Assembly: GCA_963717145.1 (NCBI GenBank)
Contig: OY970325.1
Span: 4,960,001-5,024,000, forward strand
DNA: 64,000 bases
Reading direction: 5' to 3'
DNA from: an uncultured Armatimonadetes bacterium
GTDB lineage: Bacteria; Armatimonadota; UBA5829; DTJY01
A program made the translations under genes and the position numbers. The notes under the pieces are model-generated. The model worked only from the letters and a program-made list of their open reading frames with translations. It did no database searches and was not told the DNA's origin. This document shows positions 1 through 9,072 of the stretch, piece by piece; position 1 is the stretch's first letter; every line of letters begins with the position of its first letter.

Positions 1-153
1 GCAGAATTCCTTCTCGATGAAGGAAACAGGTTTCGCAAGGGGGCGTCACTGTTGGGCACCTATGGGCTTCACATGGGCTATGTCTTCACCGGAATGACCC
101 TCCGCGCAGCTCATCTGCGGTCTATCTTGGCTCCGAATCGGCTGGAGATCTGA
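1..153 (+). CDS. 3' end of an upstream gene, truncated by the window edge (hypothetical)
   Basis: Frame 1 is open from base 1 (AEFLLDEGNRFRKG...APNRLEI) to TGA at 151-153, 10 nt before the ABC ATPase. Confidence 0.4.
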   Translation, partial: AEFLLDEGNRFRKGASLLGTYGLHMGYVFTGMTLRAAHLRSILAPNRLEI

Positions 154-163
154 TCTTAGCCAG

Positions 164-1255
164 GTGAGTTCTGGCCCAAGCCCGGGAAGGCGGAATCAGG
201 GACACGTGCAGTATAGCACTCAGGCTACGATCAACGCAGAGAAATCGGACGCAGTTGTACAAGTCTCGGGATTGTGCAAGAACCTCCCTAAACGGCGACC
301 AATGGTGGCGGCCATCCTTCATCCGTTCAGATGGCAGTGGCTGCCCGTACTTAGCGATATAGATCTTGAACTGCGCTGTGGGGAGATTCTGGGAGTCGTT
401 GGCCCGAATGGTGCAGGGAAAAGCACGCTCCTTCGCATCCTGTGCGGCCTCCTGCTGCCGGATTCCGGGAGTGTGCGCGTTTGCGGAGTTGATCTTGCGC
501 ACGAAGGACATGAGATCAAGCGTAAGGTTGGCTATGTCCCTGCTGATGAGAGGGGTCTCCTAGGGAGAATCTCCGGTTTTGAGAATCTAGAGTTCTTTGC
601 ACGACTGAATGATCTATCTGGCAAGGAATTGCAGTCGAGGGTGATGCGATCCTTGGAGCGGGTGGGGCTGGCTGAACAAGCTGACAAGCAGTTCATGAAC
701 TATTCCAGCGGCATGAAGCAAAGGTTGCTAATTGCTAGAGGTTTGCTGATCGCACCAGAAGTGCTGCTCCTTGATGAGCCGACCAGAAGCCTTGATCCAT
801 TTTCCGCCAGCACCGTGCGAGCACTGGTAAACGAGATACGATCATCTCAGAAGTGCAGCGTGATCATAGCGAGCCATAACCTGGTGGAGATCGAGGCGAT
901 ATGTGATCGTGTGGTTGTTCTGAGCGGCGGGCGTATACTGGTCTCGGGCACGATCGATGAAGTAGTGAACGTCTGCCCGGAATCCGATCAAGATTCATAT
1001 CAGATCGCTTTTCGCGGGTGCCCCAAGCGTCTCTTGGAACTAGCTGATGCGTTGGGTCTCTCGGGTCTTCAGATGTCCGTAGTAGCGGGCAACCAGATCT
1101 GTTTGAGGGTAAGGGCGGACTCAGGGAGATTAGTCGGCCAATTGATTGCAGATCTCCTTAAAGCCGGCTTTGAAGTAGATTCATTAGCCAAGAGTTTCTC
1201 CACTCTTGAAGACACATTCTTGAGGATTACCCGTGAGCTTTCGGATTCCCAATAG
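164..1255 (+). CDS. ABC-2 type exporter, ATP-binding subunit
   Basis: Walker A GPNGAGKST, signature YSSGMKQR, Walker B LLLDEP, H-loop SHN. Exact start uncertain. Confidence 0.93.
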   Translation: MSSGPSPGRRNQGHVQYSTQATINAEKSDAVVQVSGLCKNLPKRRPMVAAILHPFRWQWLPVLSDIDLELRCGEILGVVGPNGAGKSTLLRILCGLLLPDSGSVRVCGVDLAHEGHEIKRKVGYVPADERGLLGRISGFENLEFFARLNDLSGKELQSRVMRSLERVGLAEQADKQFMNYSSGMKQRLLIARGLLIAPEVLLLDEPTRSLDPFSASTVRALVNEIRSSQKCSVIIASHNLVEIEAICDRVVVLSGGRILVSGTIDEVVNVCPESDQDSYQIAFRGCPKRLLELADALGLSGLQMSVVAGNQICLRVRADSGRLVGQLIADLLKAGFEVDSLAKSFSTLEDTFLRITRELSDSQ

Positions 1256-2051
1256 GTTGTTTGCCTATCTTAAGCGCGAATTTGCCTTTGCCTGCAGCTA
1301 TCCGGCTGGTTTTGGAATAGACATCGTCGGCGCCTTCGGATCGGTGTTCTCATTCTACTTCTTGTCGCTGATCGTGGGTGGCAGCGCCGAAAAGTGGCTG
1401 GCAGCGTATGGAGGTGACTACTTCACTTTCGCGTTAATAGGTGTAGCCTTCTCGAAGTATCTGGATGTATCCCTCAACTCATTTAGGCTGATCATACGGC
1501 GCGAGCAATTCACTGGCTCGCTCGAATTGATCATGCAGAGCCCAATCAATACTTATGAAGTGATTGTCTACTCCTCAGTCTATCAGTTTGTGTGGGCAAC
1601 CCTTGTGGTCTTACTCTATCTGGCGATTGGGGCTTGGGTGTTTGGCGTCAGATTCGATCACGCAGACTTGCTATCTGTAAGCGTTCTGTTCTTGCTTATG
1701 CTTCTGTCGCTCTGCAGCCTGGGCATTATGTCCGCTGCCTTTACCCTCGTGATAAAGGAAACCGATCCCTTTACGTGGCTGGTCGGCACCGTGTCCACGG
1801 TGTTGGGAGGCGTGATCTATCCTATCAGCGTCTTGCCAGGGTTTCTGCGCTTGTTTGCCGAGTCATTGCCGTTTACTATAGCCCTGAGCGGGCTGCGCCG
1901 AGCCCTTCTGCAAGGGATGCCTATTCAGGCGCTGGGGAACGAGGTACTGGGTTTGGCGGTCTGGGCACTATTGCTCACTCCTCTGGGATTCCTGGCACTG
2001 CAGTACAGCCTGAGATTCGCCAGGAGACACGGTGTGCTGGCCCAGTACTGA
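1233..2051 (+). CDS. ABC-2 type exporter, permease
   Basis: About six hydrophobic segments with REQFTGSLE and GGVIYPISVLP motifs. Overlaps the ATPase gene. Confidence 0.9.
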   Translation: MSFRIPNRLFAYLKREFAFACSYPAGFGIDIVGAFGSVFSFYFLSLIVGGSAEKWLAAYGGDYFTFALIGVAFSKYLDVSLNSFRLIIRREQFTGSLELIMQSPINTYEVIVYSSVYQFVWATLVVLLYLAIGAWVFGVRFDHADLLSVSVLFLLMLLSLCSLGIMSAAFTLVIKETDPFTWLVGTVSTVLGGVIYPISVLPGFLRLFAESLPFTIALSGLRRALLQGMPIQALGNEVLGLAVWALLLTPLGFLALQYSLRFARRHGVLAQY

Positions 2052-2123
2052 ATTGCGATATCTGTGCTCTCGAGTTCACGCATACAGACCTAGTCCGCGG
2101 AGTTGGCTGCTGTCAAGGAAACC

Positions 2124-2909
2124 ATGGAACCGTTGTATTTTTGCAAGGAATCTAGAAGGCTCTTCGGCGTATACCATCCGCCGATCGCCAACCCGCCGCA
2201 CGAGATAGGTGTTATCCTATGTTATCCCATAGGATGGGAATATCTATCTGCTCACCATGCCTATGTCCGGCTGGCAAGTATGATCGCGTCCAGTGGGATA
2301 CCCACGCTCCGCTTTGACTACTTTGGTTGCGGGGATTCAGAAGGCGACAGCACGGAGGGCACAGCTAGTCAATGGATAGATGACATTTCTGCTGCCATCC
2401 GTGAACTCGAAGCCGGTACAGGTATAACGAGACTGTTCCTGATAGGCTGTCAGTTTGGAGCGACACTATCTCTCATGGCTGGCGCTCTGCAAGAGGACGT
2501 CAGCGGCGTTGTGCTCTGGGAACCGGTCGTCAACGGCCGTGCATACATCAGGCACTTGCATCGGCAGCAAGAGGACTGGCAACGAAGTTACATGTCACCC
2601 TCGTGTCGCCAGGAACAACTATCAGAGGTACTGGGATTTCCACTGGTAGAGACCTTAATGCAGGAGATAATGAATATTGATCTCACCACGTTTCGCGAAC
2701 CTCTGCTGCGCAACGCACTCATTCTCGAGAGTCGCAAGACTATTGCAGCCAGGAGGCTTACCGGGGTACTGCGAGCAGGCGGTACTCAGGTGAGCTATAA
2801 GCGTATACCCGAGATGAGAGAGTCAATAAGGCAGGACGGCACTCGGAGTTTCATGAATCCCCAAGTGTTCCAATGTATCCTGGACTGGCTACTGAAGGTA
2901 GGCTCATGA
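2124..2909 (+). CDS. alpha/beta hydrolase resembling exosortase A-associated hydrolase 2
   Basis: LRFDYFGCGDSEG and LVLWEPV-like motifs. The nucleophile elbow is GCQFG (no Ser). RBS aagga precedes ATG 2124. Confidence 0.75.
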   Translation: MEPLYFCKESRRLFGVYHPPIANPPHEIGVILCYPIGWEYLSAHHAYVRLASMIASSGIPTLRFDYFGCGDSEGDSTEGTASQWIDDISAAIRELEAGTGITRLFLIGCQFGATLSLMAGALQEDVSGVVLWEPVVNGRAYIRHLHRQQEDWQRSYMSPSCRQEQLSEVLGFPLVETLMQEIMNIDLTTFREPLLRNALILESRKTIAARRLTGVLRAGGTQVSYKRIPEMRESIRQDGTRSFMNPQVFQCILDWLLKVGS

Positions 2910-3781
2910 GAGAAAGGGCTGTGTGTTTCGGAGAGAGCCAGTCGTTGATCGGAATCCTTGCCGAACCCGCGTCGACCCAGTCCCCCCCAGATCTCCCCGG
3001 TATACTCTTTCTCAATGCTGGGTGGCTACACCGGGTTGGACCCAATCGTATATATGTTGGTATGGCAAGGAGTATGGCGGACTTGGGATTTGCCACCTTA
3101 AGGTTTGATCTCTCAGGGATAGGCGACAGCCGCAACCGCCATGATCATCTACAGTCTAAGCAATCTGCAACCAGTGATGTGCGTGACGCAATGGCATATT
3201 TGTCCTCGGCTCAGGGCGTAGAGCGGTTTATCCTTATCGGACATTGCTCAGGAGCGGATCTCGCACTAGACGTCGCCGTAACCGATGCAGCGGTTGTAGG
3301 CGCAGTGTTGATCAACGGTTTCTACTTCAGCGAGATGCCCGAGGAATCCACGCCAGCCATGTATGCACATTTCCTCGCAAGAAACATCGGAAGACATCTC
3401 CTCAACGTCCAGAGCTGGCGAAGGGTTCTCACACGGAGACACGATTTACGGAGGTTGTTGCTTGCCCTCCGTTACAGGCTCAGCAGAGGGAAGGGAAGAG
3501 ATGTTCCGGCTCACGGCGAGGTCGAACGGCGATCCGTATGGCAAACACTGACTGAGCGAGACACTGAGCTGCTTCTCGTGTACTCGGAAGGTAGCGCAGC
3601 CTACGATAGGTTCCGATTAGCATTCGAGGAGCATTGCAGGGCTTTGGAAGCATCTCGCAAGCTGCAGGTGGAAGTAATATTGCAGACGGACCACTTATTT
3701 ACGCCCATATCTCAGCAACAGTATCTAATGAAACTGGTCAGTCGATGGATTGGCGATGATACGAGGGGTTGGAGGCTATGA
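2906..3781 (+). CDS. alpha/beta hydrolase resembling exosortase A-associated hydrolase 1, with a Cys nucleophile
   Basis: HRVGPNR, LRFDLSGIGDS, elbow GHCSG and C-terminal DHLF His. ATGA overlap with the previous gene. Confidence 0.78.
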   Translation: MRERAVCFGESQSLIGILAEPASTQSPPDLPGILFLNAGWLHRVGPNRIYVGMARSMADLGFATLRFDLSGIGDSRNRHDHLQSKQSATSDVRDAMAYLSSAQGVERFILIGHCSGADLALDVAVTDAAVVGAVLINGFYFSEMPEESTPAMYAHFLARNIGRHLLNVQSWRRVLTRRHDLRRLLLALRYRLSRGKGRDVPAHGEVERRSVWQTLTERDTELLLVYSEGSAAYDRFRLAFEEHCRALEASRKLQVEVILQTDHLFTPISQQQYLMKLVSRWIGDDTRGWRL

Positions 3782-4039
3782 CAGATAGCACTCCGGCATT
3801 TCCAGTGTTCTCGTCAGCTATTGTGAATCCCTGGGGGCCATGGAGACTCATGGCAAGGTTCATCTCATGGAGCTTACCGATCACTGCAGGGCTCAACGGA
3901 CAATCTATCCTTGGACAGGCTACCTGGACACCCTGTGCAACCTGGGCGCTTGGGTGACACCGCCGAATATCTGCACAGTTTGATGACCCATCGATGGTAT
4001 AACTGCATTTGTTGTGCACTACGTATGGGGCGCTGAGGG

Positions 4040-4437
4040 CACTTCTTGGTCGGTTGGTCCAGCGGAGTAACCAGGAAGAGTGTCTGGCGGGCATGAAACG
4101 GATTTACAATCAGCCTAACCGGCAGGAAGCTGTTCGAGCATACCATGAGTGGGGGGCAAGATGGAGGGCGAAGGAACCACGCGGTAGAGTGTCTGGCAAA
4201 GGACCTGGAAGAACTGCTCACCTTCTACCAGATGCCGGAGCATCATTGGAAGAAGATTAGGATCACCAACCCCATCGGGGGATCATTCAGAGAAGTCCGG
4301 CGAAGGACTCGGCGGATGATCTGCTCTGCGAACAAGGCCAGCTGCGATCGGATCACCTTAACAGTGTTCGATTCCTTCAACGAGCAATAGGACTCACGCC
4401 CCATTCGCCGTTCTACAAAGAAGGATTTGACACTACC
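4040..4437 (+). mobile_element. IS256-family remnant: frameshifted transposase C-terminus plus right end
   Basis: Two frames join to give ...AVECLAKDLEELLTFY...IRITNPIGGSFREVRRRTR, a degenerate RTTNxxERxxREVRRR motif. Ends in ctacaaagaaggatttgacactacc (4413-4437), resembling IS256 termini. Confidence 0.8.
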
Positions 4438-4535
4438 AGCAAGAACAAGGCATTGACAGCCAAGGCAAAGCAGGTTAGTATGGAAGCGCGCCTTCAGCGA
4501 CTCTTCACTGGGGCAGGAAGCAGAGGGACAGTGAC

Positions 4536-5549
4536 GTGGCTGGTTTCTTCTTGGGACTAGATATCGGTGGAACGAACGTCCGGATCGCATCATATGACGT
4601 CTCCACGTTTCATGTGTTCACCACGGAACAGGATTCCTTCAAGAGAGTCGGTGATGCTAGGACCGAAGTCGATCATAATGTGTGCCGACCGGTAGAGAGG
4701 CTAGTTAGAGAGAAGTCCAAAAAGGGAGGAAGACTGGCAGGCATCGGGCTGTCACTGGCTGCGCTGTTTGACAGGATCAGTGGCGACATCACGATGTGGC
4801 CGAACAATGGGACCTGGAACGGGTTTCCACTGAAGAGGTACTTGACAGACAAGTTCAGAGTTCCGATTCTGCTGGAGGACGATGCAAATGCCGCTGCCGT
4901 CGGCGAGCACCAGATGGGGGCCGGCAGAGGACACCGCGACCTGGCATACATTACGATAAGCACCGGAATCGGCTGCGGACTGATACTCCGCGACTCGCTC
5001 TATATTGGCTCCAACGGCTGGGCAGGAGAGATCGGACATATCGGAGTTGCCGAGGATGGACAGGAATGTAGTTGTGGCATGAGAGGCTGTCTTCAGTCCA
5101 TAGCTTCTGCGCCTGCGATCGTGAGGACATTCAATGGACCGGGCAGGACAGACGGCCATGAGGGACCGGAGGCTCTAGACCTGAGAGATGTAGTCAGTGT
5201 GGCAGCGCATGGGAACGCAAAGGCTGTCGACGTTCTCTTGCAGGCCGGTGCCTATGTCGGCAAGATGATAGCTGGTCTCGTCATGACGCTGGATCTGTCC
5301 CTGATCATACTTGGGGGTGGCGCCACGGGCGCAGGTGATCTGCTATCGGAACCTGTCCGAGACAGCGTCCGTCGCTGCCTTGGGGTTCATCAGCGTGACG
5401 TCAAGATAGTACGCTGTCACCTGGGAGACAGCAGTGGGACGATCGGCGCGCTGAACCTTATTCACCAGTATGTCAACAACAAGGCAGTGCCCGTCTGGGG
5501 TGGAATCATCGGAGGGGGCGCATCAATTGCTGACCGTCGCTGTGATTAA
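4536..5549 (+). CDS. rifN: ROK-family sugar kinase, kanosamine kinase (RifN-like)
   Basis: GLDIGGT, EDDANAAA and GEIGH..CSCG..GCLQ motifs. Gln replaces the usual ROK Glu, and WP...W.G is present, as recalled for RifN. Lies next to rifK. Confidence 0.75.
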   Translation: MAGFFLGLDIGGTNVRIASYDVSTFHVFTTEQDSFKRVGDARTEVDHNVCRPVERLVREKSKKGGRLAGIGLSLAALFDRISGDITMWPNNGTWNGFPLKRYLTDKFRVPILLEDDANAAAVGEHQMGAGRGHRDLAYITISTGIGCGLILRDSLYIGSNGWAGEIGHIGVAEDGQECSCGMRGCLQSIASAPAIVRTFNGPGRTDGHEGPEALDLRDVVSVAAHGNAKAVDVLLQAGAYVGKMIAGLVMTLDLSLIILGGGATGAGDLLSEPVRDSVRRCLGVHQRDVKIVRCHLGDSSGTIGALNLIHQYVNNKAVPVWGGIIGGGASIADRRCD

Positions 5550-5985
5550 TGGTCCGAACCTCAAGTTGCTTGGCATAAGAGAGCCACAGATATACGGTCA
5601 CGAGCGGTGGAGCGATATCGAGAACCGACTGGAAACAGAGGCAGGGGAGATGGGAGTCAAGTTGCTGTTTTTTCAGTCCAATTACGAAGGTGCCATTGTC
5701 GAGTTCATCCAGGGCAATCTCTTCACCATGGATGGCGTAGTGATAAACCCTGCAGCTTACACCAAGACGGGATACGCGATCCTGGATGCGCTAACCTCTG
5801 TCGATCTACCATTTGTGGAAGTTCATCTTTCGAACATCCTCGCGAGAGGCGGCTGGCATTCGGAATCGGTATTCTCCGCCAATGCTGTTGGTCAGATCAT
5901 GGGATTTGGAGGGTATGTCTACTCCCTGGGTGTTAGAGCGGTGAGAAATCACCTTGATGGAATGGAGAAAAGAAAACATGAATGA
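5527..5985 (+). CDS. rifJ: type II dehydroquinase, probable aminodehydroquinate dehydratase (RifJ-like)
   Basis: NGPNL..LG.REP.IYG, NPAAY and EVHLSN motifs. TTG start at 5527 follows RBS ggagggg. Cluster context. Confidence 0.75.
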   Translation: MLTVAVINGPNLKLLGIREPQIYGHERWSDIENRLETEAGEMGVKLLFFQSNYEGAIVEFIQGNLFTMDGVVINPAAYTKTGYAILDALTSVDLPFVEVHLSNILARGGWHSESVFSANAVGQIMGFGGYVYSLGVRAVRNHLDGMEKRKHE

Positions 5986-7195
5986 GTTGGCGATATCCGG
6001 CGGCAGGCCCCATAAAAGCAAGCCCTTTCCTCAATGGCCTATGCACGATGAGAGAGAGCTTGAGCTGGTTCAAGAGGTTGTAACCAGTGGGCAATGGTGG
6101 AGGATGAGCGGCAGCAGAGTGGACGCGTTTGAAAGCCAGTTTGCGGCCTTCCAAGGCGCGAGATACTGCCTTGGCGTAACCAATGGAACGCAGGCCATCG
6201 AGCTTGCGTTGTATGCTTTGGGGATAGGTGCGGGCGACCAGGTCATCGTACCGGCCTTTACCTTCATCTCGACTGGCTCAGCAGTGGCATGGTGCAACGC
6301 CACACCAGTTCTGGTTGATGTCGATCCGCGAACATTCTGCATGAAGCCCGAAGCCTTCGAAGAGGCCATCACTCCAAGAACCCAGGCCGTTATTCCGGTG
6401 CATATGGCCGGACATTCATGCGATATGGACGCTATCTGTGAGATCGCTCGCAGAGCTGGCATAAAGGTGATAGAGGACGCAGCACACGCTCACGGGGCAG
6501 AATGGAAGAACCGAAGGCTGGGCACGTTTGGGGACATATCGATCTTCAGCTTCCAAAACGGCAAGCTCATGACCTGTGGAGAGGGCGGAGCTATCCTAAC
6601 CAATGATGAGGATCTCTACGAAACCGTCTATCTTGCGCATGGGGTAGGGAGGCCAAAACAGGATAGAGTCTACGCCCATGTCATACTCGGGTCTAACTGC
6701 CGCATGAATGAGTTCCAGGCGGCTGTTCTCATCGCGCAGCTGGAACGACTCGACGGTCTGAACCGAAGAAGAGAAGAGAACGCTCGTGTGCTCGATGAGC
6801 TATTCGCTGGGATCCCTGGAACACGGCCCCAAGGAAGAAGTGCCGACGTCACCTTGCATTCGCATTACATGTACATGTTTCGATATGATGCTAACCACTT
6901 TGGTGGCCTGCCAAGACAGGACTTTGTTGATTGTCTGATAGCAGAGGGAATACCCGCCTTCATCGCGTACCCCGTTCTCTCTGATACGGTATGTTTCAGA
7001 GAGAACAGGTTCGGTGGACGTATCTCGGATTATTGTAGCGAGAATGAATCTGATCTGTCCAATGCAAGAAGCATAGCAGCCGACACTGTCTGGCTCCCCC
7101 ATTTAACTCTACTAGGCGACAGGCAGGATCTGGAAGAGATTGGAGGTGCGGTGCAGAAGATTCAGCATGCCTCGTCCGGATTCAGCAGAGCCTAA
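5978..7195 (+). CDS. rifK: 3-amino-5-hydroxybenzoate (AHBA) synthase, PLP-dependent DegT family
   Basis: RifK-type motifs FP.WP, GQWWRM, VPAFTFIS, DAAHAHGA, FSFQNGKLMT.GEGG (PLP Lys), GRP..DR.Y.H and SHYM.MFR. Confidence 0.85.
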   Translation: MNELAISGGRPHKSKPFPQWPMHDERELELVQEVVTSGQWWRMSGSRVDAFESQFAAFQGARYCLGVTNGTQAIELALYALGIGAGDQVIVPAFTFISTGSAVAWCNATPVLVDVDPRTFCMKPEAFEEAITPRTQAVIPVHMAGHSCDMDAICEIARRAGIKVIEDAAHAHGAEWKNRRLGTFGDISIFSFQNGKLMTCGEGGAILTNDEDLYETVYLAHGVGRPKQDRVYAHVILGSNCRMNEFQAAVLIAQLERLDGLNRRREENARVLDELFAGIPGTRPQGRSADVTLHSHYMYMFRYDANHFGGLPRQDFVDCLIAEGIPAFIAYPVLSDTVCFRENRFGGRISDYCSENESDLSNARSIAADTVWLPHLTLLGDRQDLEEIGGAVQKIQHASSGFSRA

Positions 7196-7213
7196 ACCAA
7201 AAGGAAGGTAGTA

Positions 7214-7885
7214 TTGTTGAACAACTGTGTGATCTGCGACTTCGATGGGGTCATCATAAAGTCATCTCATATCCAGAAGTGGGCGCTACAGGAGAGTTAC
7301 CGCCTAGTTGTTGGCAGAGGCAGTCCATCCGTTGACGAGTTCTTCAGCCATAGCGGCGATAGTTTGGAGAACATCTTCGCCAAAATGGGGTTTCCCTCAG
7401 AGATGGTGGAGATCTATAGAAGAATCAGCTGGGAGAGAATGGGTGAGATCATTGTCTACGATGGGATGAGGGAGCTGCTCGCAAAGCTAAATGCGGTCGG
7501 TTACAGATGTGCGCTATGCACGGGCAAGGAGCGCCGTCGAACTATGGAGATGCTCAGGAAGTTCTCTCTCGACCAGTACTTTGATGCAGTCGTCTGTTCG
7601 GACGATGTGGAACACCCCAAGCCGGCGCCAGATAGCTTGCTTCTGGCCATGACAAGGATAGGCGCGAGGATTGAGGACTCTGTCATGGTGGGTGACGCCA
7701 GGAATGATATCCTCTGCGCAAGGAACGCAGGAATGACGATAATCGCAGTAACTTGGGGAGACGCTCCTAGGGAGGTCATTGAGCAGTCGCTTCCAGATTA
7801 TATAGTCGACAATGTGGATCAGCTCTGGGTGACCATTACCAGTCACCCTGTACCGATCAAGGCATCGGTTCGCACAGCCTCGTGA
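7214..7885 (+). CDS. rifM: HAD phosphatase (RifM-like)
   Basis: DFDGV, TGK, KPAPD and MVGDARND HAD motifs. RBS aaggaagg. Directly follows rifK. Confidence 0.78.
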   Translation: MLNNCVICDFDGVIIKSSHIQKWALQESYRLVVGRGSPSVDEFFSHSGDSLENIFAKMGFPSEMVEIYRRISWERMGEIIVYDGMRELLAKLNAVGYRCALCTGKERRRTMEMLRKFSLDQYFDAVVCSDDVEHPKPAPDSLLLAMTRIGARIEDSVMVGDARNDILCARNAGMTIIAVTWGDAPREVIEQSLPDYIVDNVDQLWVTITSHPVPIKASVRTAS

Positions 7886-8441
7886 ATGCGCTGCTGAGAT
7901 GATCGGCGGCTATATCTTGGAGCGTTTCTGATCTGGAGGACAAGAAGGATGATGCTGTTGTGGACACGATGAGAGTGCTTCTGCAGGAACACGCGGCATC
8001 CCTGGTGTCTGTCCCGTCTCCGCGGGAACAGCACCCAGATCACTGTGCGACATTTCAGATGTTCATGGATGGAATCGCCAGGGCATACATGCTCAAGGAT
8101 CCTCGAGAACTAGCGTGTGCTTTTCAGCGTATCGACCGGTTGCATCACCGACTGCTGGAACGAGAAAGCCGGACTATTGGCACTGTATGAGAGTGAGGCA
8201 GATTGCAGGATTCTGAGCTTAGCTTCGCTAAGCAACAGGTTGGGTGCCGTGCGGACAGGTATGACTGACCCATCGTATGCTGAACCGTTCCGTGTCGTCC
8301 AAGGCGGATTGCTGGCATGAACTCACTGGTGTGTCTATGCCAGAGCTCCCTGAGTCCAATCGGTAGATAAGTAGAGCAGTTCCAGGGCGTGCGGTGTGGT
8401 CCCAGGCGAAAATGACCGGCATGGTATCGTTGGGGGTAGTG

Positions 8442-8699
8442 ATGGTTGACAGAAGGCGTATACAAGGCATTGTCCTGGAAACCCTGAAAGATCATCTGCC
8501 TGCGAAAGGCGTTGCTGTGGACGTTGACGTAGACTTGGGACCACTTGGCCAAGGCATGAATTCGGTGAATCATCTCGAACTCCTCATTGCTCTGGAAACG
8601 CGATTCGAGGTGTGCATCCAGGACGATTGTTGGGACAGTAAGTCACTGAACACGGTCACAAAGATCGTGGACTACTTCTGCAATGCATTGAATCAATGA
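8442..8699 (+). CDS. stand-alone acyl/aryl carrier protein
   Basis: 85-aa protein with GMNSVNHLELLIALETRFEV (phosphopantetheine Ser, NS variant) and TVTKIVDY. Confidence 0.85.
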   Translation: MVDRRRIQGIVLETLKDHLPAKGVAVDVDVDLGPLGQGMNSVNHLELLIALETRFEVCIQDDCWDSKSLNTVTKIVDYFCNALNQ

Positions 8700-9072
8700 A
8701 TACTGAATGGGTTAGGGGTAGTATTGCAGTCAGGTACACGTGGCTAGCTGTTGAGTGATGATAACTCGCACCAAGATGGCTGGCTTCTGCATGTCCTTAG
8801 TTCATGTGCAAACGAGAAAGCGGCCGATCGATAGACTTTGTTGGGATTGGTGAGAGGTCCCACAAGAAATGAATGAACTTCCGTGAGTAAACATCACCCG
8901 ATTCTTTGGAGACTGGTAGCACTGTGTCAGCAACCAGGCTGCCTGCAAACGGCCAGGTGATCCTGACGATGATCACGATCACCAACGGTTTCAGACATGA
9001 CGAGTGCGATGGCAAGCAGACCAGAGACATTGGCAGGGACTTGGTGCGAGGTGTAGGAAATCGGAGTGGCTA

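Noticed and set aside
5978-7885. Bacillus-type kanosamine/NTD (NtdAB) or O-antigen DegT interpretation
   Set aside because: RifK-specific motifs and the adjacent dehydroquinase and RifN-like kinase fit AHBA better. Phylogeny is still needed.
7882-8190. Selenocysteine readthrough of the in-frame TGA at 7900
   Set aside because: No recognisable SECIS hairpin or redox motif. Decay or a downstream start is simpler.
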